Assembly (NCBI GenBank): GCA_963759175.1
Contig: CAVWXP010000008.1
Span: 10,050-74,049 of the forward strand
DNA: 64,000 bases
Origin: an uncultured Acidimicrobiia bacterium
Lineage (GTDB): Bacteria > Actinomycetota > Acidimicrobiia > Spongiisociales > UBA5794
Reading direction: 5' to 3'
A program made the translations under genes and the position numbers. This document shows positions 8,964 to 17,787 of the stretch, piece after piece; within the stretch, counting starts at the first letter, position 1; every line of letters begins with the position of its first letter. Below the pieces are notes generated by a model. The model was not told the origin of the DNA, did not search any database, and was given only the letters and a program-made list of their open reading frames with translations.

Positions 8964-9317
8964 GTGCACATCGAGGAGTTCGAACGGGAGGTGGAGGTCG
9001 TCCTGGCTCGCCTGCCCGATTGGGTGAAGGAGGCCATGGACAACGTCTATGTCGTCGTCGAACGGCGGCCGTCGAAGGCGCAGGACCCTACAGGGGATGG
9101 ACTGCTCGGGCTGTACGAGGGGGTATCCCTCGACGAACGGGGGTTCGACTACTTCGGCGTGGCTCCCGACAGCATCTTCGTCTTCTATGAGCCACACATG
9201 GCCCTCGGCCTCACGGGCCAGGCGCTTCGGGACGAGATTCGTACAACGGTCCTCCACGAACTCGGACATCACCTCGGCATGACGGACGAGCGGCTTCACG
9301 AGCTCGGATGGGCCTGA
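8964..9317 (+). CDS. zincin-like metallopeptidase family protein (DUF1025-like)
   Basis: TTVLHELGHHLGMTDERLHELGW motif. GTG start chosen at 8964; an ATG at 8886 is also possible. Divergent from the acyltransferase gene. Confidence 0.5.
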   Translation: MHIEEFEREVEVVLARLPDWVKEAMDNVYVVVERRPSKAQDPTGDGLLGLYEGVSLDERGFDYFGVAPDSIFVFYEPHMALGLTGQALRDEIRTTVLHELGHHLGMTDERLHELGWA

Positions 9318-9679
9318 ACGTCGCGGGTAGCATGGTTCCAGAACGAAGGGAGTCCCACGTGGAAGATCTGATCAAGGACATCCAGGCCCGCACGGGCCTT
9401 CCCGCCGACAAGGTGCTCGAGGTGGTGACGATGGTCACCGACTACATGCGCAACGCGCTACCCGAGGACCTGGTCGCACAGATCACCCAGTACCTCGGTT
9501 CAGCGGCCGAACAGGCCGGAGGCGCTGCCGGCTCGGCGCGATCGGTCGCCTCATCCGCGACCGCAGCAGCCGCGACCGCCGCATCCGGCGTCATCGGAGC
9601 AGCATCCGGTGCTGCAGGAACGGCGTACACGGCGGCGCGCACGGTGGTCAACGACGCCATGACGAACGACGATCAGTGA
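9308..9679 (+). CDS. hypothetical protein (Ala-rich C-terminus)
   Basis: ORF overlaps the stops and starts of its neighbours (translational coupling into plsB). No recognised motif. Confidence 0.4.
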   Translation: MGLNVAGSMVPERRESHVEDLIKDIQARTGLPADKVLEVVTMVTDYMRNALPEDLVAQITQYLGSAAEQAGGAAGSARSVASSATAAAATAASGVIGAASGAAGTAYTAARTVVNDAMTNDDQ

Positions 9680-12105
9680 CCGCACCGACCCCTATCGATC
9701 TCCACGACCACGATCCCCCGTGGCCGGTCAAGGGCGGACCGTACGTCCTCCTGATCGACGCCTCGAGTCCCGTAGAGGACAGCCTCATCCGAGCCTGGTT
9801 CGCTCGCGTGGCAAACGGCGTGACCGATCCGGTCGACATCTTCCGACTCCCACCGTCGAGACGTCGACGTGCCTTTGCATCGGTGGATCCCATCATCGAC
9901 CAGCGCCTGTCCGAGGAGGACGATCCGCTCCTGATCCCGGTACGCGTCGTGTGGCTCGCACCCGAACGCGACGGAGTGCGAAGGGTCACCGTCCGCGACA
10001 GCATCAGGCTCGGCGACCCCAGGGACCCGAACCGCCTCCGCCAACGTGCCATCCTCGCCACCCATCCGGAACGAGCTCGTGTCATCGTCGGCGAACCAGC
10101 GCGACGAACCACCCTCATGCGTCGCTGGCTCGAGCCGGAGGGTCGTGGTCCTGCCGATGGAACCACGTTCGGCGAGTTCGTGGCCCTGCGGGCGTGGCTC
10201 GCCCTGGAACGCTCGGAACGGCGTCTCCGCGGTCAGCGCTACAAGGTGCCGCGTTTCCTCGAGGAGGACCTGTTCTGGAGTCGCCCGTTCCAGTACGGCG
10301 TCCAGAAGCTCGCCGAGGAGGAGGGCCGCTCGGAACGTCGCATGCAGCAGCGCACCAAGCGATACCTCAAGGAAATCGCCGCCAAGCACACACCGTACGT
10401 CATCGACCTCGTCAACCACATCACCCAGATCCTCATCCAGGCCGCACACCAGAGCGTGGACTACTCCCCTGAGGAGCTCGCATCGATCGTCCGCCTCGGC
10501 GAGTCCGACCCGTTGGTGTACCTGCCCTCCCACAAGTCGAACTTCGACCATCTCGTGCTCCAGCACGTCCTCTTCGAGAACGAGCTGCCCCTCAACCACA
10601 CGGCCGGCGGCATCAACCTCAACTTCTTCCTCGTCGGCCCGCTCCTGCGCCGATCAGGGATCTTCTTCATCCGGCGTGAGTTCAAGAAGAACGAGCCCTA
10701 CAAGTTCGTTCTCCGCCAGTACCTGGACTATCTGCTCGAGAAGCGATTCGCGCTCGAGTGGTACATCGAAGGTGGCCGCTCACGCACGGGGAAGCTACGC
10801 GAGCCGCGCCTCGGGTTGCTTGCGTACGTCGCCGACTCCTACCAGCGAGGCATCGTCGATGACGTCGTCCTGGTCCCGGTGTCCATCAACTACGACCAGA
10901 TCACCGACATCGCATCGTATGCCGATGAGCAGAAGGGCCGCGAGAAGGAGAAGGAGTCCTTCATGTGGGCCGTCAAGTTCATCTCGGGCCTCCGACGCCG
11001 CAACGGCAGCATCCACGTCCGTTTCGGTGAACCCCTCCCGCTCAGCAGCCGGATCGGGCGCGACGACGACCTCACGGAGGGAGAAGGCAGGCTCGCTCTG
11101 CCAAAGGTGGCGTTCGAAGTGAGTACGCGCATCAACGATGTGACCCCGATCACCGCCACAGGCCTCGTGACGTTGGCGCTGCTCTCAGGGGGCTCCCGCG
11201 GATTCACCGTCAACCAGACGATCGAGATACTCGACCCGTTCCTCGCCTTCGTGACGGAGCGGAACCTGCCGACCACGTTCGATCACGCCATGTCCTCCCG
11301 CATCGAGGTCGAAGGCGCACTCGAGTCGTTGCGCGCCAACGATGTGGTGGCGCGCACCGACGGGTTGACGGAGACCCTCTATGCCATCGGCGCCGACCAG
11401 TATCTCGAGGCCGCCTACTACCGCAACACGATCATCCACTTCTTCGTCACCACCGGCATCACCGAACTCGCCATAGCCCGCGGCGTCCTGTCACAGGGCC
11501 CCATGGACGAGGAGTCGATCGTCGAACGGGCGCTCGAGCTGCGTGACCTCCTCAAGTTCGAGTTCTTCTTCGCTCCCAAGAAGGAGTTCGCCGATGAGAT
11601 CCGCGTCGAGATCGACCGCTACCGACTCGATCGGGGCGACCCCGGTGCACCCGTGATGGTGGATATCACGGCGATGCTGCCAGCCAAGAGCCCGATCGTC
11701 CTCCGCCCGTTCCTCGAGGCGTACTTCGTGGTTGCCTCGGCGCTTGCGTCGTTTGCCGATCTGGAGGTCCAGGTCGACGAGTTGCGCAAGGCCTCCCTCC
11801 AGATGGGCGAGCAGCTCTACTCCCAGGGCAAGATCAAGAACCACGAAGCGGTCTCGACGGCGCTGTTCGCCTCGGGTGTCGAACTCATCGACAATCGGGG
11901 TCTGCTCGCGGCAGACAGCGTTGCCCGTCAAGGCCTTCGGACGGAACTCGACCAGATCCTGGCCGCTCTCGACGAGCATCGCCTCCATCTGAGCGATATA
12001 GGTCGCTGGACCCATATATCCGCTCAACTTCGCCGTATCCCTGCCGATACAGGGAAGAAGGGCAAGCGGAGTTGTGCGTGCAGTGCACGCAGGAGACGTC
12101 GATGA
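9676..12105 (+). CDS. plsB: glycerol-3-phosphate 1-O-acyltransferase PlsB
   Basis: 809 aa with SHKSNFDHL (HxxxxD), GIFFIRR and EGGRSRTGKL motifs, diagnostic of PlsB. Confidence 0.85.
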   Translation: MTAPTPIDLHDHDPPWPVKGGPYVLLIDASSPVEDSLIRAWFARVANGVTDPVDIFRLPPSRRRRAFASVDPIIDQRLSEEDDPLLIPVRVVWLAPERDGVRRVTVRDSIRLGDPRDPNRLRQRAILATHPERARVIVGEPARRTTLMRRWLEPEGRGPADGTTFGEFVALRAWLALERSERRLRGQRYKVPRFLEEDLFWSRPFQYGVQKLAEEEGRSERRMQQRTKRYLKEIAAKHTPYVIDLVNHITQILIQAAHQSVDYSPEELASIVRLGESDPLVYLPSHKSNFDHLVLQHVLFENELPLNHTAGGINLNFFLVGPLLRRSGIFFIRREFKKNEPYKFVLRQYLDYLLEKRFALEWYIEGGRSRTGKLREPRLGLLAYVADSYQRGIVDDVVLVPVSINYDQITDIASYADEQKGREKEKESFMWAVKFISGLRRRNGSIHVRFGEPLPLSSRIGRDDDLTEGEGRLALPKVAFEVSTRINDVTPITATGLVTLALLSGGSRGFTVNQTIEILDPFLAFVTERNLPTTFDHAMSSRIEVEGALESLRANDVVARTDGLTETLYAIGADQYLEAAYYRNTIIHFFVTTGITELAIARGVLSQGPMDEESIVERALELRDLLKFEFFFAPKKEFADEIRVEIDRYRLDRGDPGAPVMVDITAMLPAKSPIVLRPFLEAYFVVASALASFADLEVQVDELRKASLQMGEQLYSQGKIKNHEAVSTALFASGVELIDNRGLLAADSVARQGLRTELDQILAALDEHRLHLSDIGRWTHISAQLRRIPADTGKKGKRSCACSARRRRR

Positions 12106-12764
12106 CGACGACAGACATGCAGCACGAAGCATCACATGCAGCGTCCCGGGACGCGTCCGATGGACCGTCGTCCGCAACCTCGATTCCCACGACATCGGAC
12201 CCAGCATCCGAACTCCTCGCCAAGGCGCGCTACGAGGCATTCCGCCTCGTGACCGAGGCCCGTCAGGAGGCCGAGGAGATCCTCGACGAGGCCCGCGCAG
12301 AAGCGGCCAGCATCCGCAAGGACGCCGAGGTGCAGGCCGAGTCGATCGTCGACGCCGCCCACGTCCGCTCCAAGGAGATCATCGCATCGTCGGAACCCGA
12401 CGGCGACACCCACGCAGCCGAGGCCGTGGCGAACCTCGAGCACGAACACGAGGCATTGACCCAGAGGGTCAGTTCACTCCGCACGCTTGCCGACCAACTC
12501 GAGGAGAGGTTCGCCGCCCTCGCAGCCACCGCCAACGCGACGCACCCGACGATCGAGGAGCCTCCGCGCCCGGTCCTGGACTACTCGCCGTCCGTCCCGC
12601 GCCGTGTAGCGGCCGAACCCGTCGATGACGAGGACGAACCGGTGACCGAGCGGGGATCGTTCTACAGCCGCCGGTCGGCGAAGCTCCCGCGTATCGGTGA
12701 CGCGGGTGGCAAGGACGCGCTCGACATGATGCGATCGCTCAGGGAGTCATTCGACGACGAGTGA
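12102..12764 (+). CDS. hypothetical coiled-coil protein (DivIVA/ATP-synthase-b-like helical region)
   Basis: ATGA overlap with the plsB stop. EAEEILDEARAEAASIRKDAEVQAESI helical repeat. Confidence 0.45.
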   Translation: MTTTDMQHEASHAASRDASDGPSSATSIPTTSDPASELLAKARYEAFRLVTEARQEAEEILDEARAEAASIRKDAEVQAESIVDAAHVRSKEIIASSEPDGDTHAAEAVANLEHEHEALTQRVSSLRTLADQLEERFAALAATANATHPTIEEPPRPVLDYSPSVPRRVAAEPVDDEDEPVTERGSFYSRRSAKLPRIGDAGGKDALDMMRSLRESFDDE

Positions 12765-12770
12765 GCCGGC

Positions 12771-13394
12771 TCAGGCGTAGAAGGGGTTCGTTCCGAGGGA
12801 GTGATCGGTGACGTCGACGACCTCGTCGATCTCGGGAATCGCTTCGAGGATGGCCCGCTCGATTCCCTGACGAAGGGTCACCGCAGCGAGGCCACAGCCC
12901 TGGCATCCACCGCCGAGCTCGAGCATCGCCGTCGTGTCCTGCACCGAGATCAGATGCGCTACGCCGCCATGGGAGGCGATGGCCGGGTTGATCCGCTCAC
13001 TCAACAGGGTGCGGATCTTCTCCTCCGGCGTCCCGACCAGCTCGAGGTCTCCCAATTCGCCACCCGGCAGCTCCGGGGAGGGGACGTTCGGATTCCGCAT
13101 CACGAGGCCGGGACCGGCACCGTCACCTGAGAGGTCGAGGACGGCACCACGGAGGTTCTCGACCGAATCGAGGGCGATCGCAACCGGCAACCCACCATGG
13201 TCCTCGACCAGGTCGGTCGACGAGATGTCGTCTCCGCGCAGGAACGCCGTCTCGTAGATGAATCCTTGGGCGCCGACACCGGTGATCCGCAACCCGAGGT
13301 GCAGGTCCGGGATTCCTTCGCCGTCTCGCAGCGACAGGATCTTGTCGCGTGCGGCCTCGGTGATTTCAACGATGGACGTAGTGGTATCGCTCAT
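12771..13394 (-). CDS. nfuA: Fe-S cluster biogenesis protein NfuA-like (HesB/IscA-like N-terminal domain plus Nfu domain)
   Basis: C-terminal GGGCQGCGLAAVTL (CxxC Nfu motif). N-terminal A-type carrier-like fold. Confidence 0.75.
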   Translation of the reverse strand: MSDTTTSIVEITEAARDKILSLRDGEGIPDLHLGLRITGVGAQGFIYETAFLRGDDISSTDLVEDHGGLPVAIALDSVENLRGAVLDLSGDGAGPGLVMRNPNVPSPELPGGELGDLELVGTPEEKIRTLLSERINPAIASHGGVAHLISVQDTTAMLELGGGCQGCGLAAVTLRQGIERAILEAIPEIDEVVDVTDHSLGTNPFYA

Positions 13395-13436
13395 GATGGC
13401 GGGATGGTACCCACCGGTGCCGGGGTACCGCGACGA

Positions 13437-13751
13437 TCACGGTTTGAGGATGACCAACTCGTTCGTGCGTAGATCGAGCACCTGCTCGTCGGCGCTGGCG
13501 CGGTCGGCGATCCACCGTGCGAGGGACTCCCCCGGCACCCTGACGATCCACCACATCACGTCCGTGGTATCGGATGCACGCATGTCATGCCACCGTTGAC
13601 GACCGACGGCGATCGCCTCGGCCTCGACGTCGAACACACCGAGAACCTGCTGCGACGTCCCGGGAAACGGGCGTCCGGGTTCCGGCGATGGTTCGCAAAA
13701 CTCAACGACTTCGAATGCCATGCTGTGTCCACTCCTCGAGCCCACGAGCAT
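13437..13751 (-). CDS. hypothetical protein
   Basis: ORF with reasonable composition and no recognisable motif. The start may be at the internal Met (13721). Confidence 0.3.
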   Translation of the reverse strand: MLVGSRSGHSMAFEVVEFCEPSPEPGRPFPGTSQQVLGVFDVEAEAIAVGRQRWHDMRASDTTDVMWWIVRVPGESLARWIADRASADEQVLDLRTNELVILKP

Positions 13752-13926
13752 GCTACCAAGCGGCCGAGAGGCGGGCGAGGGTCAACTCCGCCCCGCACGA
13801 CGTGACTAGTCGGTGGAACGGATGCCGGAGGAACCGGAAGAAGGCTGAAACGTCGCCTATCGTCGGAGGGTCCTAGGATCGAGATCGCCCAACACCCCAA
13901 ACCGCCCACTCCATCGGAGGAACATC

Positions 13927-15362
13927 GTGGCACGAGACCTTCCGGTCATCATCCAGGGCGGCATGGGCGCCGCCGTGTCGGACTGGCGTCTCGCACGCGC
14001 CGTGTCATCGTACGGCCAACTCGGCGTCGTCTCCGGTACGGCACTCGACGCCCTCCTGGTGAGACGACTCCAGGTCGGCGATCCCGGTGCACACATGCGT
14101 CGTGCGCTTGCTGCGTTCCCCATTCCCGAGGTCGGCCAACGGATCATCGACCGGTACTTCGTGGATGGCGGCACTGGCGAAGGGGAACGCTACGCAACCA
14201 AGCCGATGGTCTCGCACCGTTCATCGGATCGCACCGAGGAACTGATCGTCGCGGCCAACTTCGTCGAGGTGTTCCTCGCCAAGGAGGGACACGACAACCC
14301 GGTCGGTATCAACTTCCTCGAAAAGATCCAGGTACCGACACTCCCCTCCCTCTATGGAGCGATGCTCGCACGCGTCGACTACATCCTGATGGGCGCAGGG
14401 ATTCCCCGGGCGATCCCTGGGATCCTCGATCGGCTCGCCGAGGGCTTCGACGTCGAGATGCGCATCGATGTCAAGGGCGTCACCGACAAGGGGGACCCGT
14501 TCGTCCGGTTCTCACCGGCTCGCATCGCCAAGGGAGTCGTCGATCGGCTCCCGACGTCCCCGTTTCCTGGCCATCGTGTCCTCACACGTCCTTGCGAAGA
14601 TGCTCGCAACCAAGGCGTCGGGCGAGGTGGACGGCTTCGTCGTCGAGCTTCCCGTCGCCGGTGGGCACAATGCACCTCCGCGTGACCAAGGGGGTCTTCA
14701 ACGATCTCGGTGAACCACTCTACGGAGAGCGGGACGAGCCGGACCTCGAAGCCATCGCCGATCTCGGCAAGCCGTTCTGGCTCGCCGGTGGATTCGGCGA
14801 GCCCGGCCAGGTCGTCGCTGCCCTCGAGAAGGGCGCAACTGGCGTCCAGGTGGGCACCGCATTTGCCTACTGCAACGAGTCCGGGTTCACGAGGGAGGTC
14901 AAGGACGAGGTGATCCTCAAGTCACGTGCCGGTGAGCTCGAGGTCTTCACCGACGCCATCGCCTCCCCCACCGGGTTCCCGTTCAAGGTCGTCCAACTCG
15001 ATGACACCGCTTCGAACGCCGTGGTGTACGAGAAGCGCGAGCGGATCTGCGATCTCGGCTACCTGCGCCACGCCTACGAGAAGGAGAACGGATCGATCGG
15101 ATGGCGATGCCCGTCCGAGCCAGTGGACGACTACCTCGCCAAAGGCGGCGACATCGCCGACACGATCGGTCGCAAATGCCTGTGCAACTCACTGGTCGCC
15201 AACGTCGGTATGCCCCAGATCAAGAAGAACGGTGAGGTCGAACCCATGCTCGTGACGTCTGGTGACGATGCCGTCACGGTGAGCCGGTTCGCCCCCGAGG
15301 GATCGACCGAGTACTCGGCCGCCGACGTGCTCGACTACCTCCTCCAGGACGTCCACGCCTGA
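13927..15362 (+). CDS. nitronate monooxygenase (2-nitropropane dioxygenase/FabK-like), apparently frameshifted twice
   Basis: [14 protein letters not shown]-terminus and [14 protein letters not shown] core. The protein continues across three frames near 14556 (cccc run) and 14686 (ggggg run). GTG start with GGAGGA Shine-Dalgarno. Confidence 0.7.
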
Positions 15363-15382
15363 CACCCGCGGCGGCAGCGACG

Positions 15383-15787
15383 TCAGGGGGAACCGGGCAT
15401 CCACGTCTCGCTCACGGCGATCCATCGCCATCCGTGCCGCACCGACGGGTCCGCGGTCATGGCGACGGACGTTCGACGAGCGGTGCTCACATCGCCGTGG
15501 GTCTGGTGTTCCTCGTACGTTGCGAACACCACACCTCCCACTTGGCTCCTCACGACGGCGTTTGCGATCCGGATGGCAACGGTGCGGCGACCGAAACCCG
15601 CCTCCACGAGCTCGACGATCTCGGAGCGGTTCCGGATCGTGGCATCGGGACCGATGATGTAGAACCCGGGTCCGAGGGTGGAGGTGAACTCGTCGAGGTT
15701 GCGTGACGGGTCGCCGGCGAACCACCCCACGAAGAAGTCGTGGAGCCGCTCGATCTCTGCGACCACATCGCCTTCGGAGCTGATCAC
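15383..15787 (-). CDS. DUF4440/SnoaL-like (NTF2 fold) protein
   Basis: VVAEIERLHDFFVGWFAGD ... HGWRWIAVSETWMP matches the DUF4440 pattern. GTG start at 15787. Confidence 0.55.
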   Translation of the reverse strand: MISSEGDVVAEIERLHDFFVGWFAGDPSRNLDEFTSTLGPGFYIIGPDATIRNRSEIVELVEAGFGRRTVAIRIANAVVRSQVGGVVFATYEEHQTHGDVSTARRTSVAMTADPSVRHGWRWIAVSETWMPGSP

Positions 15788-15799
15788 GCCAGTGGTAGA

Positions 15800-16823
15800 C
15801 CGGAGATGTCGGAGGGTCCGGCGGCACGAGGAAACCACGTTCGGTGAGGATGAAGAGCCAGATGAGCGCTGGCACGGCAAGCACGGCCGAGGCTCCAAAG
15901 GCGATGAGAAGGCTCCATAGGACGGCCGCGGATGCAGCGCCTTCCTCGATGGTCAGGACGTCGGGCAGCAGCCATGGGTACTGGCCGATACCCCAGCCCC
16001 AGATGATTGCAGCTGTCGCCACCACGGCGAGGACACGCGAGAGATGCTGGCGTCGCCACCACACAGCCATGAGCGAACCTGCCCCCGCTACGGCAGACAG
16101 ACCTACCACCGCGATGCCTGCAGGCGACATCAACCCGTCATGCAGTGTCGGGTCATCGACGCTGATCACCGCGATTCCGCCGAGGGCGATCAATCCGGCC
16201 AAGGCACCCGATCCCATGGCTCGGTTGCGGAAATAGGAGGCGAGGTCGTCCCGGCCAGCCCGTGCCGCATCCCGTGACACCAGGACAGCAGCGAGATACG
16301 CACAGGTGACGACGGCCAGAAGGGCCCCAAGTCCTGAGGTGGGGTTGAGCCACGAGGTCCACGGGTCGCCCGCTGCATTGCCCAGGGGAACCCGTCCCGA
16401 CGCCACTCCGCCCGCGACCGCACCGAGGAACATCGGCGTCACGAACGATGATGCTGCGAACAGCGCCCCCATGACGCGTCGTTTCGACAGGGTCGGCGCC
16501 CATTTGCGGAAGGCGAATGCCGAACCGCGCATGATGATGCCGAATCCAGCAACCATCATCGGGATGTACATTGTCGTCATGATCGACACGAACGCAGTCG
16601 GAAAGGCCGTCCACAGGTAGACCAACACGAAGATCAGCCAGACGTGGTTCGCTTCCCACACAGGGCCTATCGATCGCTCCAGCTGGGAGCGAACATCGGA
16701 CCCGTCGTGAGCGCTCCCCGCGAACAGGTCCCAGATTCCCGCACCGAAGTCAGCCCCACCGAAGAGCGCATACGCAGTGACCCCAACCCAGATGATCGCA
16801 ACAACGACCTCGGCGAGGGTCAT
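15800..16823 (-). CDS. cydB: cytochrome bd ubiquinol oxidase subunit II (CydB); 3' end uncertain
   Basis: Starts MTLAEVVVAIIWVGVTAYALFGGADFGAGIWDL. About 331 aa of CydB-like TM sequence. The frame has no stop until 15189 and overlaps the DUF4440 gene. Confidence 0.75.
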
Positions 16824-17335
16824 GCATCCACCTTGGGGGGCCCGTACGGCGTCGGCACGTCCTCGCCAGCACGCATTCTTCGCGCAATGATCCGCAAGAC
16901 GGCAATCGTCAGGAACGTCAGCACGATGTAGAGGGCACTGATGGTCACGGCCGAAGCCACGACTCCCGTCGACGCTGACACCGCTCCAACGGTTCGCACC
17001 TGCTGCCAGACGATCCATGGCTGGCGACCGACCTCTGTCGTGACCCAACCAGCCTCCATGGCAACGATGGCAGCTCCACCCGCTGCGACGGCCGCCCACC
17101 AGAACACTCGCTGCTCGGGTGGCGCACGGCGTCTCCACCACGACCATGCAAACCACGCAGCCAGCACGAGAAGCGCCGACCCGATGCCGACCATGATCTG
17201 GAATGACCAATGCACGACGTTGACCGGCGGCAGGTCAGCCGCATCGACCGCATCGAATCCAGGGACCTCGGCGTTCACGTCGCGTGCGGCAAGGAACGAG
17301 GCGAGTCCCGGGATCTCGATGGCTCCCACGACCCT
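16820..17335 (-). pseudogene. cydA: cytochrome bd oxidase subunit I (CydA) C-terminal fragment only (5' two-thirds absent)
   Basis: HWSFQIMVGIG and EAGWVTTEVGRQPWIV (CydA C-terminal signatures) present. No CydA N-terminal sequence (heme b558 His, KLAAxEAxWET Q-loop) in any frame upstream. ATGA overlap with cydB retained. Confidence 0.65.
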
Positions 17336-17777
17336 CCTCGTCGGGCCTCGGGGCCCGTGGGTTGTCGGTGAAGCCTGCCTCGCGGTGCGACAGATCACAG
17401 AACGGTTGGTTGCCGCTCGCCCCGCACCGACACAGCGCCGCGCGTGGGCTCGCCGTGAATGCGTTGCCATCACGATCGGTCACCTCGATGGCGCCGCGCA
17501 CCATGAGCGGACCGTTGGGCCACGGGACGATCGTCGTCGGGACGTCCGGCACCTCACCCCGGGCCCCGTCGAGCCGCTCGTAGCGCAGCGCACCCGACGG
17601 ACACGACTCGATGGCCGCCACGACGGTCGCTGTCTCAGCCGCTTCCAGGTCGACCCATGGTCGCCGTCGCGTGTCAAAGGCTCCGTTGCCCTTGCGCAAG
17701 CAGATACCACTGTGGATGCAGAGGCTCGAGTCCCAGAGGACCCTGATCGCGTCGGATTCGTAGGTCCGGTGTGCCAC
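17235..17777 (-). CDS. iron-sulfur protein: divergent 4Fe-4S mono-cluster ferredoxin-like domain plus CDGSH-type domain
   Basis: CIHSGIC...CPSGAL (Fer4_13/DUF1271-like) and LCRCGASGNQPFCDLSH (CDGSH-like). The Arg-rich tail after about 17370 looks like read-through into the cydA deletion junction. Confidence 0.6.
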   Translation of the reverse strand: MAHRTYESDAIRVLWDSSLCIHSGICLRKGNGAFDTRRRPWVDLEAAETATVVAAIESCPSGALRYERLDGARGEVPDVPTTIVPWPNGPLMVRGAIEVTDRDGNAFTASPRAALCRCGASGNQPFCDLSHREAGFTDNPRAPRPDEEGRGSHRDPGTRLVPCRTRRERRGPWIRCGRCG

Positions 17778-17787
17778 GGCCGGAACC

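Noticed and set aside
10046-11122. 358-aa Ser/Thr/Arg-rich ORF (+)
   Set aside because: Alternative frame of plsB.
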